From assembly GCF_001194135.2 (NCBI RefSeq), contig NC_068994.1, forward strand, positions 3,882,793 to 3,946,792: 64,000 nucleotides of DNA, given 5' to 3'. The notes below the pieces were generated by a model. The model saw nothing but the letters and a program-made list of their open reading frames with translations, was not told where the DNA came from and did no database searches. Position numbers and translations under genes: made by a program. Shown here piece after piece: positions 12,429-22,939 of the stretch. Every line of letters starts with the position of its first letter. Within the stretch, counting starts at the first letter, position 1. The DNA comes from Octopus bimaculoides. Taxonomy: Eukaryota.

Positions 12429-12815
12429 TACTTAATAAAGTGGAAGGTGTGTATGGGTAGGGGGTGGGGATCTGATTAATAAGTTTTTGGTATTGAGGAA
12501 GGGGTGGGGGACGTCTGATAATTATCAGTTTGAAAGAACATACTAGATTCGAAGGACCTGGATCGAGAGAAATGTTGAAGGAGTGGACAAGAGAGGGATT
12601 TCATTCAGAGTGGCAGAAAAGAAAGAACAACAAAAAGACATTAAAAAGACAATAATTATGACGAAGATGATGGTGATGATGATGATGAAAACAATGAAGG
12701 TGATGGCAAGGCTGATGATGACAATAATGATGGTGATGATGCTGATGATGATAGTGATAAAGTACTTAACCTAGGTGAGACACATATATTGAATTAAAAA
12801 AAAAATTCCATTATA

Positions 12816-13003
12816 TTTATTTGATATTTTTCCTCTTTTCTTTTGTTTTTATTGCCTATATTTTATAGAACTCTAAAAGAGGAAGAAGAGACAATCATAG
12901 AAACTTCTGTGTGAGAGATTCAGCTATGATGATGATGATGATGATAATGATGAGTGAAGTTGAGTGGAGCGCCAAGCTAAATCTTGAAAGGTTAGTTTTT
13001 ATT
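12816..13003 (-). terminator. Candidate AATAAA polyadenylation signals for ZNF-A (13003-12998, 12853-12848, 12821-12816)
   Basis: Three TTTATT on the plus strand, 0.8-1 kb downstream of the stop codon. The hexamer is frequent in AT-rich DNA. Confidence 0.25.
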
Positions 13004-13193
13004 TTTTGTTTTATATATGAATACTACATAAATGGTAACATCAATCCTGCCATTGGGATAAAACTTGGAAAATTTCAAAAAAAAAAAGAACTTCCAAACT
13101 TTCAGAAACAATCTTAATTGCATGGAAATGAAGTGAGATTTCATTTTAGAAAGAGTTCACACATATATGCATACACACATACCAGACATACAC

Positions 13194-13234
<41 letters not shown>

Positions 13235-13703
13235 TATACATATATATGTATATTCTCACACACACAGACATATATACATTTACATAAACTGACACACACA
13301 CACACACAGAGACATATATACATTTACATAAATCTACACACACACACACACACCGATACACATATATATAATATATATATATATATATTTGTATAATATC
13401 ATCATCATCATTTAACGTCCGCTTTCCATGCTGCCATGGGTTGGACGGTTTGACAGGAGCTGACTATATATATATATAAAATATATGTATACATGTGTGT
13501 GTGTATATGTATATATATACATACACACACACACACAGACAGTATATACAGACATACACTTGCATGTTTACACATACACACACATATAGACAGTATATAC
13601 ACGCAGACATACACATACCCATATGCATATATATATATATATACATATGTATGCATGTTCACACACACACACACATACAATGAGTTTACCATTAAATAGT
13701 GAA

Positions 13704-13798
13704 CATGTGGCTATGTTACATACTAAACAGCCCCCATGTGGCCATGTGCAACATACTATACAGCCTACATGTGGCTATGTTACATGAAATACAGCCTA
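13704..13798 (-). repeat. Three 31-33-nt tandem repeats beginning at the ZNF-A stop codon
   Basis: TAGGCTGTATTTCATGTAACATAGCCACATG / TAGGCTGTATAGTATGTTGCACATGGCCACATG / GGGGCTGTTTAGTATGTAACATAGCCACATG. Confidence 0.85.
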
Positions 13799-16700
13799 TA
13801 GCTGCCACAGATAATCACTCATCGGTGGAAACTCTTCAATTGTCTTATTACCAGAATTGGCTGCAGACTTTTGCTCTCCAAAATGCATCTTTTTACCTCC
13901 AATATGATGGCCATTGTGCAGTTTCTTGTGCCGTTTCAAAGTGTCCCTTCGAGCAAACTGTTTTGTACATAACTCACATGTATAAGGTTTCTCTCCTGTG
14001 TGAGTTCTTCGATGCAGCTGTAAGTAATGTCGTTGTGCAAACGGCTTGAAACAAATGTCACATTCGAACGGTTTCTCCCCAGTGTGTGTCCGGTGGTGCA
14101 GCCTCAAGGAGTTCCTTTGAGCAAACTGCTTCAGACAAATGTCACACTGGAATGGCTTCTCTCCCGTGTGTGTCCTGCGATGCACTTGAAGATAGTGATT
14201 CTGAGCAAACGGCTTCAGACAAACATCGCAGTGGTAACGTTTTTTAGGCATATGTGTGCGTTTGTGGATTTGGAGCTTGTATCTCTGAGCGAATTTCTTC
14301 AGACAAATTTCACAGTGGTATGGCTTTTCACCCGTGTGAGTCCTGCGGTGTATCTGTAACGTGGTCTTGCGGGCAAATTTTTGAATACAGAAATCACACT
14401 GGAATGGTTTCTCTCCTGTGTGTGTTCTTTTATGTATCTGTAAATATTGTCTCTGAGCAAACTGTTTGAAACATGTGTCGCACTGATAGGGTTTCTCCCC
14501 TGTGTGCGTCCGTCGATGAACCTGCAGCGAATTGCGTTGTGAGAATCGTTTGCCGCAAGCTTCACACTCAAATGGTTTCTCTCCAGTATGTGTCCTTCTG
14601 TGAATGTGCAAATAGTGACTCTGAGCAAACTGTTTGAGACAGATCTCGCAATGGTGCCGTTTTTTTGGGCTGTGCGTCCTCATATGAATCTGAAGCTTGT
14701 ATTTTTGAGCAAAATCTTTCGAACAGACTTCACATTGGTACGGACGTTCTCCAGTATGTGTTCTTCGATGGATTTGTAGTGTGGTTTTCCGTGCAAATTT
14801 TTGAATGCAGAAATCACATTGAAATGGTTTCTCCCCCGTGTGAGTTCGCTTGTGAATTTCTAGGTAATGTTTCTGAGCAAAAGGTTTAAAACAAACATCG
14901 CACTGTAGTAGCTTCTCCCCTGTGTGAATTCTCCGATGGATCTGCAGGTAATAGCGCTGAGCAAACTGCTTCAGACAGAATTCACACTGGTATTTTTTCT
15001 TCAAGACGTGCGACTTCTTGTGGGCTCGTAGTTTATCACTTTGAGCAAACAGTCGAAGACAGATCTCACACTGGTACGGTTTCTCTCCAGTATGAGTTCT
15101 TCGGTGGATCTGTAATGTGTCCCTGCGAGAAAACTTCTGAATACAAAAGTCACACTGATATGGTTTTTCACCAGTGTGGGTCCTCCGATGGATCTGTAGA
15201 TAATAACGTTGGGCAAACTGTTTCAAACAAATATCACATTGGTAGGTCTTGTCGTCAGGTCTTGAACTCCTTGGAGCTCTCGGTTTTGGTGTTTTGGGTA
15301 TAGATGGTAGATAGTTCATGGTGCCGGTAGGAGGGACTGGTGGAGCGCTAACATAAGGGACGGTACCTGCCATAGAGGACTGGTTGGGGGAGAGGGAGCT
15401 AGACATTGTTGACATGCTGTGTGACATCATCGTCGGTCCATGATCAGAGTTATTCATTGAGACGTTATCGCTGGTTCCAGTTGAGTCGACACTCGGATTA
15501 GACTCCATGTGGTTCTTCCGGTGTCGTTGCATGGTATCTCTGCGCGAAAATTGCTTGAAACAAATGTCACAGTGGAAAGCTTTACCTCCGACATGAGTCA
15601 GACGATGCGCTTGCATCATGTCCTCCTCAGGAAATTTCTTACCACAGTAATCACAGAACAGCTGCTTCTCCTTGATTTTCTCCTTTTGATGATAGTGTGG
15701 TTGTTGTTGTTGTTGCTGTTGTTGTTGTGGCTGTTGTTGTTGTTGTTGTTGCTGACTGGTTGATGTGGGTAACGACTTGCCAATACTATACTGCTTGTGG
15801 CCGATGTCATTTTGATACGAAAGTGACTTTTCATGATTGTTACTGCTGTATGATTTCTCAGCAGATACTTGTTGTTGTTGTTGTTGTTGTTGTTGCTGTT
15901 GCTTGGAAGTTATACCTGAGCTTATAACAGGTGCGGTTGGGGACAATATCCGATCAGGTGTGGAAGCTGAAGTGGGAGTGGTGGCAGTAGGTGGTGTAGA
16001 AACAGGCAGGTAACACGGCTGTGAATATTGACTAGTGTAGATGTTGTTGGGGAACATAGTGTCGGAGAGATGAGTTATCTGTTGATGGGGTGGGGACACC
16101 ATTGAACTGTGCATGTGGGTCGGGTTGAACTGCGATTTGCCTGTCGGACTGCTACTGCTGCCACCACTCACCCCAGTTTTGTCCGAAGACAGCAGCGACA
16201 TTCTGTCGGATTGGATGCCTGTGTGAGACTGGGAGTACTTACTTGTCAAGTCTTCACGGTGCCCTGAGCTGGACTTTTCACTGACATGTGGCAGTCGATG
16301 GCCAGCTGATATGTCTGGTGAATGGACGTACTGTTTACTGCTGATCTCACCGCCAGGGTTCAATTTCTCAAGGATGTCAGACATTCTTTGAGAATGCATG
16401 CTCTGGGAGTGCGAATATTGTTTGCCAGACATCTCACTGTGGCTCGACTTCTCCGCTATACGAGACATCCGCTGTTGTTGTTGTTGTTGTTGATGGTGTA
16501 GGCTGTGTGAATGAGAATATTGTTTGCCAGATAATTGGGAATGGCTGGACTTTTCAGGCAAATGGGACAGAGAGTGTTGTTGCTGTTGCTGTTGCTGTTG
16601 TTGTAGTTGTAGGCTGTGGGAATATTGCTTGCCAGAGATCTCTGAATGGTGCATTGATTTCTCAATAATGTGTGACATCCTGACCTGTGTTGGCGTTAGA

Positions 16701-17128
16701 GAGGGAGGAGGCAGAGGAGGAGGAAGGGGAGGCTGCTGTTGTTGTTGCAAGCTATTATGGCTGTGAGGGGAAAAATGCTTGTTAACAATGTCACTGTGTA
16801 TGGGGGATTTGTCAACAATCGATGCCATGGACACTTGCTGCTGTTGCTGTTGTTGTTGATGATGATGCTGGAGGTGAGAGAAGTGTTTACCCGACAGAGC
16901 TTCAGTATGGGCTGGAATGAGAGTCATGTGGGGCATAGGCATGGTAACAGGGAATAAAGCCGTTTGGTAAGCGGCGTGTCGGTGAGGAGCGAACTGCTTC
17001 ACAGCTATTTCGCTGTTGCCGTGCTTTTTGTTCATATGAGACATTCTAGCCTGCTGTAGGTGTCGGTGAGAGAATTGTTTGCCAGACATATCGGAATGGC
17101 TGCTTTTGTCGCTGCTGTATCTCTCCAT
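13796..17128 (-). CDS. C2H2 zinc-finger protein 'ZNF-A', 1110 aa, single coding exon; 18 fingers (2+16), N-terminal His/Ser-rich repeats and polyQ tracts
   Basis: Uninterrupted ORF with 18 C-X2-C-X12-H-X3-H fingers, mostly TGEKP linkers. The ORF-track start at 17149 is a GTG overlapping the splice acceptor; the first ATG (17128) lies in a perfect CCACCATGG Kozak context. TAG stop at 13798-13796. Confidence 0.95.
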   Translation of the reverse strand: MERYSSDKSSHSDMSGKQFSHRHLQQARMSHMNKKHGNSEIAVKQFAPHRHAAYQTALFPVTMPMPHMTLIPAHTEALSGKHFSHLQHHHQQQQQQQQVSMASIVDKSPIHSDIVNKHFSPHSHNSLQQQQQPPLPPPLPPPSLTPTQVRMSHIIEKSMHHSEISGKQYSHSLQLQQQQQQQQQHSLSHLPEKSSHSQLSGKQYSHSHSLHHQQQQQQQRMSRIAEKSSHSEMSGKQYSHSQSMHSQRMSDILEKLNPGGEISSKQYVHSPDISAGHRLPHVSEKSSSGHREDLTSKYSQSHTGIQSDRMSLLSSDKTGVSGGSSSSPTGKSQFNPTHMHSSMVSPPHQQITHLSDTMFPNNIYTSQYSQPCYLPVSTPPTATTPTSASTPDRILSPTAPVISSGITSKQQQQQQQQQQQVSAEKSYSSNNHEKSLSYQNDIGHKQYSIGKSLPTSTSQQQQQQQQPQQQQQQQQQPHYHQKEKIKEKQLFCDYCGKKFPEEDMMQAHRLTHVGGKAFHCDICFKQFSRRDTMQRHRKNHMESNPSVDSTGTSDNVSMNNSDHGPTMMSHSMSTMSSSLSPNQSSMAGTVPYVSAPPVPPTGTMNYLPSIPKTPKPRAPRSSRPDDKTYQCDICLKQFAQRYYLQIHRRTHTGEKPYQCDFCIQKFSRRDTLQIHRRTHTGEKPYQCEICLRLFAQSDKLRAHKKSHVLKKKYQCEFCLKQFAQRYYLQIHRRIHTGEKLLQCDVCFKPFAQKHYLEIHKRTHTGEKPFQCDFCIQKFARKTTLQIHRRTHTGERPYQCEVCSKDFAQKYKLQIHMRTHSPKKRHHCEICLKQFAQSHYLHIHRRTHTGEKPFECEACGKRFSQRNSLQVHRRTHTGEKPYQCDTCFKQFAQRQYLQIHKRTHTGEKPFQCDFCIQKFARKTTLQIHRRTHTGEKPYHCEICLKKFAQRYKLQIHKRTHMPKKRYHCDVCLKPFAQNHYLQVHRRTHTGEKPFQCDICLKQFAQRNSLRLHHRTHTGEKPFECDICFKPFAQRHYLQLHRRTHTGEKPYTCELCTKQFARRDTLKRHKKLHNGHHIGGKKMHFGEQKSAANSGNKTIEEFPPMSDYLWQL

Positions 17129-17148
17129 GGTGGAACTACAGCTGTACA

Positions 17149-17182
17149 CTGCTGCGAAGAGAGAAAAGAGAAAGAAGAGTTT
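17149..17182 (-). promoter_or_regulatory. 3' splice acceptor of the ZNF-A coding exon (tandem CAGCAG)
   Basis: Minus strand reads CTCTTCTTTCTCTTTTCTCTCTTCGCAG|CAG|TGTAC, about 20 nt upstream of the ATG. Confidence 0.75.
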
Positions 17183-17277
17183 TAGAAAAGATTCTTCACC
17201 AAAGATGAGACATTCATCGGGAGAAAAGAATAATAATTAATAATAACAGTAATAAAGAGAAGAAATTAAAAGGAAAA

Positions 17278-17488
17278 TTAACCCCCATTGGCATTCAAGA
17301 TTCTCTGTCAAATGTAATACATATTTACAAACAGGTTTGAATTTAATCCTGAATTTCTGTTGAGATGCTCTTTGTTTCTTTCAATTAATTTTAAATATAA
17401 CAAAGAATTTAGTAAAATAACTTGGTTATCATCAAGCTAGTGTTAGGAATATAAACTGTGATTAAAGTTTGGTGGAAGATTTTAATTC
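17278..17488. mobile_element. Chimeric piggyBac-MITE remnants (family 2 end fused to family 1 interior), about 130 bp from the ZNF-A acceptor
   Basis: TTAA-CCCC..GCATTC..TCTGTCAAATGTAAT followed by TTTCTGTTGAGATGCTC...GGTGGAAGATTTTAATTC. Confidence 0.65.
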
Positions 17489-18884
17489 CATTTGCCCTTG
17501 CCAGCCATTCCACTGATTCCTCCAACCCCAGCATCCCCATCAAGGCCTCAGTCCTCTTGCCAGGGCCGCGGACTGGCTCCCATGCTGGTGGCACATAAAA
17601 AGCACCATTCGAGCAGGATGCACTCACAAAGCATTGGTAACAGAGGTCGTTGCTTGTCTGGTAATATTTGTTTACACAATGTCAAGACAAGTAGACAGAC
17701 AGACAGACACACACACACTGTTGTAAGTTAATTTCTGCTCATGTAGACGAGCAAGATTAATTAAAAGATGAAAACAAGGGAATAAGGACACAGATCGTGT
17801 CATATAGCTAGCTGGAGACGATGTCTCCTGAGGCTAAATTACAGCAACATTCGTCCTAAACCAGACTGCCATGTTATGTTGGCAAACAATCTTTACTACA
17901 ATAATAATGTCTAACTGTGGAATTACTGTTCTCTTACATGGTGCATCTTGACAATGCAACTTGTGGTGTTCATGCCTCACCAGGTCATTCCATTTTTTGA
18001 CAAGGTTCTTTCAGTTGAATGCCCTTTCTATCATAAACCCCATTACAGAAAGAACTGCCTACATTTTATCAAGGCACCAGCACTTAGCATACTCATATAT
18101 TGTTAAATCCCATTGCACAGCATTCTGGTGACTTCAGGCTGACCAGTGCCTTGTGGTTGAAAATTGGTCAACGGAAATTGTGTGCAAGTCTATTCATTCA
18201 GATTCTGTTCCTGAGCAGTGGATCTCATCCACTGCTCAGCTTAGCACCCGGATCACCAGGTTCCGTGCAAATATGAAAGCCAAGATTTGTCTGTGAATAA
18301 ATTCCTTTCCATCAGTGACAGGGACAACTCCTTGTCTCCAGGGAATTTCACTGAAAGTAAATTAAAAGAACCACTGTTGGCGTTGATGATGTTTGTTTTA
18401 AATACGTACCTTGTAAATTGAGTTGTTAGGCAGTACACAATAATTGTGAGAGCAATTGGACCATCGAGGGATGTAAGTAGGGGGGCAGAGGGACTTTAGG
18501 GAACTGCCCTAAAAATAGAAAGAAACATAAAACAAACATTAAATAAGCAGTAAACTTTTCCTAATGAAAAAGTTTAAAAGACAAGATGGTGGACAACAAA
18601 GATTTGGTAAAACGCTGGGAAAAATGAGAATTTCTCTTTAGTTATGTCCCTTTACATGTTGAACTTAACTCTGGCTTTCATTCCTACTGAAATCGATGGA
18701 ATTAGCACCTGTCATATACTGGGGAGACTTATTTTATTATTTAAATCAATTTTAGTCCTTCCTTATACGGTTTTGTGGAAATATAAAAAAAACACTTGTT
18801 TCTCTGATCATTTATTTTCTGGATTTGAAATGGGAGAAATGGAGCTAATACTGGATCAGTAATGAGGGTCATGGCTGGCAGAAC

Positions 18885-19410
18885 CATCATCATTTAGCAT
18901 CTGCTTCCCATGCTGGCATGGGTCAGACAGTTTGAGTGGAACTGGTAAGCCAGAGGGCTGCATCGAGTTCCTGTCTAATTTGGCATCGACTCTATGGCCA
19001 GATGCCTTTCCTAACACCAACCGTGTCAAGAGTGTAACGGGTGTGCTTTTTATGTGCCACGAGCATGGGTGCTCCCATGTGCCACTGGCACGGGTGCTTT
19101 TATGTGCCACCAGCACGGGTGCCTTTACGTGCCACTAACAGAGGTGCGTTTTATGTGTCACCGGCACAAGATCTTTTATGTGTCACTTGCACAGATATTC
19201 TTATATGTCAGCGGCACGGGTGCCTTTATGTGCCACTGGCATTGTCCACAACTACGATTTCACAGGGTTTGATGAGTCTTCTCAAGCACAGCATACCACC
19301 AAAGATCTTGGTCGTTTGTCATCGCCTCCATGAGGCCCAACATTCAAAGATCATGCTTCACCACCTTTTCCCATGTCTTCCTGCGTCTACTTCTTCCACA
19401 GGTTCCCTCC
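18885..19410 (-). mobile_element. RTE-LINE 3' fragment (ORF2 end and tail)
   Basis: Minus translation EGTCGRSRRRKTWEKVVKHDL*MLGLMEAMTNDQDLWWYAV plus the standard tail ending in (ATC)n. Confidence 0.85.
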
Positions 19411-20599
19411 AAAGAGATTGAACCTAGAATATCAGAAAAAAAAAAATGCCCATCGATTATTTAGTTATGATACTTCATGGTCTGAGTTCAAAATTTGGCA
19501 AGATCAACTTTGCTTTTCACCTTCCTTGGGAGTCAATAACAGGAAGTCAATCCAAGTATAAATGCTTGTTACCACAACATCTGGTTGAGCAACATTTAGG
19601 AAATGGAATTCGAGCAAAAATTTATGGAAGCCCATTGTATACCATAATCATTCTTATCATTTATACCTGTTTTTTCCATTTACTGTCTGTATCATCTTGC
19701 ACACCAAAGAAACCAGGTAACACTTTTGTCAAGAATGCCTTACAAAAATGCAGACTGGGTGAGTTTTTCAATGTTACTTGCGCAAGAGAAGTTATGAGAA
19801 GAGAATGAAAACGTCTCCCTCTATTTATATTTGAAATAACATCTCTCTCTTAGATGGGGGGGGGGGGGTAACTTGCGATACAGCGTGCAAAGTGCACATC
19901 TCATTTGTAAGTTCTGCCAATGTAGTGAAGGAAAGCAAATCACTAAAAAGACGAGCATCAGTTCATTTTTGGACCCACTGACCTCTTACGAGGGTGACCC
20001 CTGAAACGATTTGTGGAGTTCATCTCTTTCGAATACTCCAGATATTAGAGAGGTTGACTACTCCATCAAATTTTAAACAGAGTTACTGCCCCTCCTAGAG
20101 GGGTGAACAGCCGTGGACAAAATCAGCAATTTCAATTAGAGAAGTCTTTCCAGCTGAACGCCCTTGCCTCGAGTTTATTACCAACCTAGAAAGGGGTGGG
20201 GCTTTGTTCACAGTGTCCTTGGGCCAATTCATTTATATGTGTGCATAATTATGCATACATATCGGCGTATTAATGTCCAATTTCCACGCCTGTGTTGGAC
20301 GGATTTTGTTGAGGCAGATTTTCTGTTGCCAAGCCTCGCTTATTTCCAGGCGAGGTAATATTTTCCGATGGTCAGACATAGTTTTGCAGAATATTGAAAA
20401 CGAACGACACTGATGTATGACAACGACAAATCATTTTATAACTATCATGTGATATCAAAGACAAGGATATAGAAAGTCATACATACATAGAAACACATAC
20501 ATATATGATGGGCTTCTTTCAGTTTCCATCTACAACATCCACTCACAAGGATTTGGTCAGTCTGGAGCCATAGTTGAAGACACTTGGATCTGTAACAGC

Positions 20600-21003
20600 A
20601 ACGTCGTCAACATTCAACGTCTGTTTTACTGACGGTTTGACAGTAACCGGCAAGGCTGGGGGTCGCACCAGGTTCCAACGTTGGTTTTCGCTTGGTTTCT
20701 ATAGCTTGATGCCCTTCCTAACGCCAACCACATTTATAAAATGTACTGGGTGCGTTTTATGTGATACCAGCACCCACACCAATGCACTTTACGTGGCACC
20801 TTGGTTTTAGGATATCAATTCTGTTGTGGTGAGCAGGTCTTCTTGGCAACCACAATGCACTTGGCATTAGAAAGGGTATCCAGTCATAGAAGTCATGCCA
20901 AATCAGACTGGAACTTGCTGCAGCTTTCTGGCTTACCAGTTTCATTCAAACCGTCTGACCCATGCCAGCATGGAAAGCTGACGCTAAACAATGATGATGA
21001 TAA
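20600..21003. mobile_element. Two RTE tails in inverted orientation (20600-20800 minus, 20860-21003 plus)
   Basis: GATGCCCTTCCTAACGCCAA versus TTGGCATTAGAAAGGGTATC; the second copy ends in (GAT)n. Confidence 0.7.
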
Positions 21004-22184
21004 AGTGATAGCATGTTGTCAACTTAATGTGACAGTCCCATAGAAGGGAAGAATGCTACTGTTATTTAGCCCTAGGAAACACCGTTTCCTGTTGGACTTG
21101 ACACACTTCCTGTGTCCTTATGTTTTCAAAGTGGAGATGATATATATATATATAGATGTAATTGCGAGAGTAATAATGGAGATTTTGCATATATATATAT
21201 ATAAATCTTTCTCTGAAGTTAATCAGTGAAGGATGTATGCAAACATTGTAAAACTAGTGTTTTTTTTAACAAAGTCCTCTATGATATTAACTCTGCACTA
21301 AGTTACAGACACTCCATTATTACTCTTAATGCAGTATACCAGTAACCAGCAATATTATTGTTCCCCAACTGTGAAAAAAAAAAAAAATATATATATACAA
21401 TGGAATTGATTTAGTAGATGATACACCTACAATATGTTGCTCTGTACCAATGTTGAAAGAAATCAATATTAGATCTTTCAATTATCTCAGTGAGTTAGCA
21501 GAAATGGTAGAGTGTCAAACAGTAGCCTTCCCAGTCAAGGCTCTGAGTTCAAATCTTATCACTGCTCAATTTTATTTTCATCTTTTTCACATTTCAATAC
21601 CTCCTAAGCTACAAAGAGCAGTTAAGGACTCAATGCTCAGATCTAGTTTTATGGGGCAAAGTGGATACAAGATAAAAATCTTCACCTGGATAGCACACCA
21701 AGCTATACCAGACAATCTGTTACCTATCAGGGTCATCTTAACAGAATACACAACCACAGCATACAGAGATTAGCATCAGGCCCCTAATCCTATGAAACCC
21801 ACAAACAACTACCCCGTAAGTCCATGCCTTAAGATAGCACTGGTATTACCCATTCCCCCAGATAGTTACATAAACTGCAGTGACATAGAATATAATGTTC
21901 TGTGCAGAAACAGCAAAACACTAGCTGTAGGATTGAACTCACATCCTGAGTATTACAATACCTGATCTGACTTGGCCACTTTATCTCAATAATAAAACTC
22001 ATCGTAGTGATACACAGTGGCTGACTTACTGACCCCTGTAAAACTGACCCCTCTAACCCCAAGAAAAGGTTTAGCATTAGATCAAATTGTCATGAATGTT
22101 TTACAGAGAAGTTGCCAACACACATAACATCCCCCCCACACACACATGTGCAAAAGGATAGGACCTCAACGCCATGGTTCAAAT

Positions 22185-22320
22185 TGATAGATATAGTAAC
22201 CAAATCTCCCTCAAATCATCACACTCTACTGTGTTAAAGAAAGGAAGAACACATTAGCTTAATATGCTTCAAGATAGATAGTATCTGAAATAAAAGATTG
22301 GATGGTCATGACAGGAATGT
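22185..22320. mobile_element. Unclassified dispersed repeat family 'C' (TAGAAATAGCAGCCAAATCTCCCTCAAATCAC core)
   Basis: Related copies at about 25550-25745, 26700-26900, 27130-27335, 27530-27700, 30700-30890, 34495-34700, 46440-46600, 48190-48520 and 48640-48720, in both orientations; one ends in (CAA)n. Confidence 0.6.
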
Positions 22321-22658
22321 CCTTTACCATAGATCTATTTAATTGTGGCAGATCTGGAGCAAAACAACACATGCAATACACACACACATACAGTCTCTCC
22401 TCTCTCTCTCTCTCTCTCTCACACACAAACAGAGTTTCTCTCTCTCTCTCTCTCTCACACAGAGTTTCTCTCTCTCTCTCTCTCATACACACACACGATT
22501 TTAGACATGTACAGTTATAGTCTGGTAGATTTGTAACTACTGTTGTACTGGTTCCAGCCACACTGTGGGCATCACCCCTGCCACCACCAAAATTAAAGGA
22601 AAATATGTTGGGCCCCATTTCAATACTAAACAGACCCAATATAGCTCAACTTTGGCCA

Positions 22659-22840
22659 TTAACCCTTTAGTGTCTAAAGAGGCCATATCTGGCCTAAGTA
22701 TTCTATTGTTTTATGTCCACGATGGGCAGATTCAGCCTCTCACACCTGCCCTGCAATGTGATTCTAAAAATAAACAACCACATCATCAAAACCTCAAAGC
22801 TGCAAGTTAACGCATGATTAATTCAAAGCAATGTCAATGA
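22659..22840. mobile_element. piggyBac-type MITE family 2, truncated
   Basis: TTAA-CCCTTTAG start; interior matches 23354-23571. Confidence 0.75.
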
Positions 22841-22939
22841 AAGGACATCACATTTGGGGGAGGAACCTGAACGCTGAGGGCTTTAGCAAGGGCTGATGTT
22901 TTGCAGAGATGGACGAGATGTGAATAATGGATGTGACAC

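Noticed and set aside
14380-14810. ARKT (H3K9-mimic-like) sequence in fingers 8 and 13 of ZNF-A and finger 8 of ZNF-B
   Set aside because: Lies in the folded recognition helix, where A-R-K-T is explained by DNA contacts; no evidence of an accessible methylation site.
14027-16957. Antisense and alternative-frame ORFs within ZNF-A (and 59925-61870 within ZNF-B)
   Set aside because: Expected by-products of 84-nt finger periodicity and CAG/CAA repeats; short, with no independent signals.
13796-17149. Track start codons GTG 17149 (ZNF-A) and TTG 59573 (ZNF-B)
   Set aside because: Eukaryotic locus: the GTG overlaps the acceptor and the TTG follows an in-frame stop; downstream ATGs have good Kozak contexts.
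18990-19250. Regularly spaced TTTATGTGCCAC..GCACGG units resembling a CRISPR-like array (also 820-960, 10000-10140)
   Set aside because: Internal tandem repeats of the RTE 3'UTR in a eukaryote; spacers are related to each other and there are no cas genes.
21560-22050. 107-aa plus-strand ORF and neighbouring unique-looking sequence (also 9400-9700, 17740-18500, 36850-37250)
   Set aside because: No recognisable motif or splice structure; probably old LINE debris, but not assignable.
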